Below are positions 63,301 to 64,000 of a stretch of DNA of 64,000 bases, piece by piece. Numbering within the stretch: the first letter of the stretch is position 1; each line of letters begins with the position of its first letter. Origin of the DNA: Azolla caroliniana (taxonomy: Eukaryota; Plantae; Polypodiophyta); NCBI GenBank assembly GCA_043228905.1, contig JBHGNT010000021.1, forward strand, positions 3,596,001 through 3,660,000, given 5' to 3'. Position numbers and translations under genes: made by a program. The notes under the pieces are model-generated. The model saw nothing but the letters and a program-made list of their open reading frames with translations. It did not search any database and was not told where the DNA came from.

Positions 63301-64000
63301 CTTCCATATTGGGTCAAAGCCTTGGTTAAAGAGGCAATGGTATCTCCCTCTTATTTCATAAAAAACGCTACAGGATAAACATAGTGATGAAGTTCGCAGC
63401 TGCCCTATCACACTGTGCAGTGCATAGGATAGATGTATGTCCATATAAACGAGAAAGATACACTAAGGCTCCTAGAGCCCAAAATTGGCCTATGAGACAA
63501 ATCATGATTACAAATATGGGTGAATTCATGTCATCCCTAAGAAAACAAGAATAAAATTTCTAGGTTTCCTAGAGCTATGATCAATATCTGAATGCATGTG
63601 GTGGAATGATTCTGAGATGTTCTACAAGCAAGAAGGAGAGATATCTTGTTCACGGATACATGGATTTTATCATGCAACTATTTAGGACTGCTCTTCTAAA
63701 TTCTTTGGGCCTATTCCCATGAATATGTAAGGTTCATTCATGCATAAACCTTTCACATACGTATGGATTATCTCCATCTACATATTTGCTTACATTCCTT
63801 TAAACAAACCTTAGCATACAACAGCAACTGAGCTTTTCCCCAATATATGGGTGGCATATGGAATAGTTCGTTAGTTTTATGATGTAGTTATGAACAATTA
63901 TGTAGTTTTGCGATGTATATGCAGGATAAAGCAGCTTTTGCTGGTGTGCTGAAGAATATATCAAGGATCCATAAAACAAATGCAGGGAACTTTATTGTAC
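54320..64000 (+). CDS. RAP74: Transcription factor IIF alpha subunit (RAP74); exons 54320-54490, 58340-58495, 59198-59343, 60770-61152, 61240-61355, 61621-61761, 61879-62112, 62351-62581, 63925->64000
   Basis: Plant-type N-terminal Cys motif (C..CG...[16 protein letters not shown]), [55 protein letters not shown] and a C-terminal winged helix ([10 protein letters not shown]...DLVNKFK). Confidence 0.95.
55860..56520. repeat. Diverged ~315-bp tandem duplication in RAP74 intron 1
   Basis: cccactct..aga...gggttaaag.aacagt...cctcaagctgagt at about 55893 and 56206; acttctggaat in both copies. Confidence 0.75.
58735..59240 (+). repeat. 252-bp tandem duplication spanning the intron 2 / exon 3 boundary of RAP74
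   Basis: Copies start at 58735 and 58987 and differ at about 4 positions; AG microhomology at the junction. Confidence 0.97.
60587..60733 (+). pseudogene. rpoB: Nuclear plastid-DNA insertion (NUPT): rpoB fragment
   Basis: Translates as ...[36 protein letters not shown], the conserved RNA polymerase beta FFG..LSQF.DQTNP...H.RR segment in its plastid-type form. Confidence 0.85.
62806..63515 (-). mobile_element. RTEX-like 3' fragments in RAP74 intron 8
   Basis: IGQLRTSS...[15 protein letters not shown] at 63256-63444; two copies of the 3'-terminal motif (62806-62880, 63450-63512) are similar to the reverse complement of 45692-45766. Confidence 0.55.

Noticed and set aside
20452-64000. Functional gene cluster
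   Set aside because: The six genes have unrelated housekeeping functions, with no shared pathway or paralogy.

Overview
Eukaryotic nuclear DNA from a land plant, probably non-seed and moss-like (inferred from TE lineages and protein sequences, not proven). The window has two compartments. (1) 1-13178 is a GC-rich, three-deep LTR-retrotransposon nest: an apparently intact Ty1/Copia (- strand) sits inside the pol of an unusual Ty3/Gypsy (+), which itself sits inside an extra 3' ORF of a second Gypsy (-). (2) 13179-64000 is AT-rich, with six intron-containing genes: condensin CAP-H, RPL21, plastid phosphoserine aminotransferase, a calmodulin-like protein, a PIP aquaporin and TFIIF-alpha/RAP74 (runs off the right end). 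Between them are decayed L1, RTEX-like and Copia remnants, a MITE, mini/microsatellites and a near-perfect 133-bp hairpin. The most notable observations are a 252-bp tandem duplication in RAP74 that creates a potential new in-frame 42-nt exon, a plastid rpoB fragment next to a RAP74 splice acceptor, a Gypsy with fungal-like RT motifs, a dispersed RTEX-like LINE family, and substitutions at normally invariant residues in the PIP and calmodulin-like proteins. I found no CRISPR, tRNA or rRNA, and nothing I can support as a wholly new multi-gene system. All calls were made by eye without database searches.
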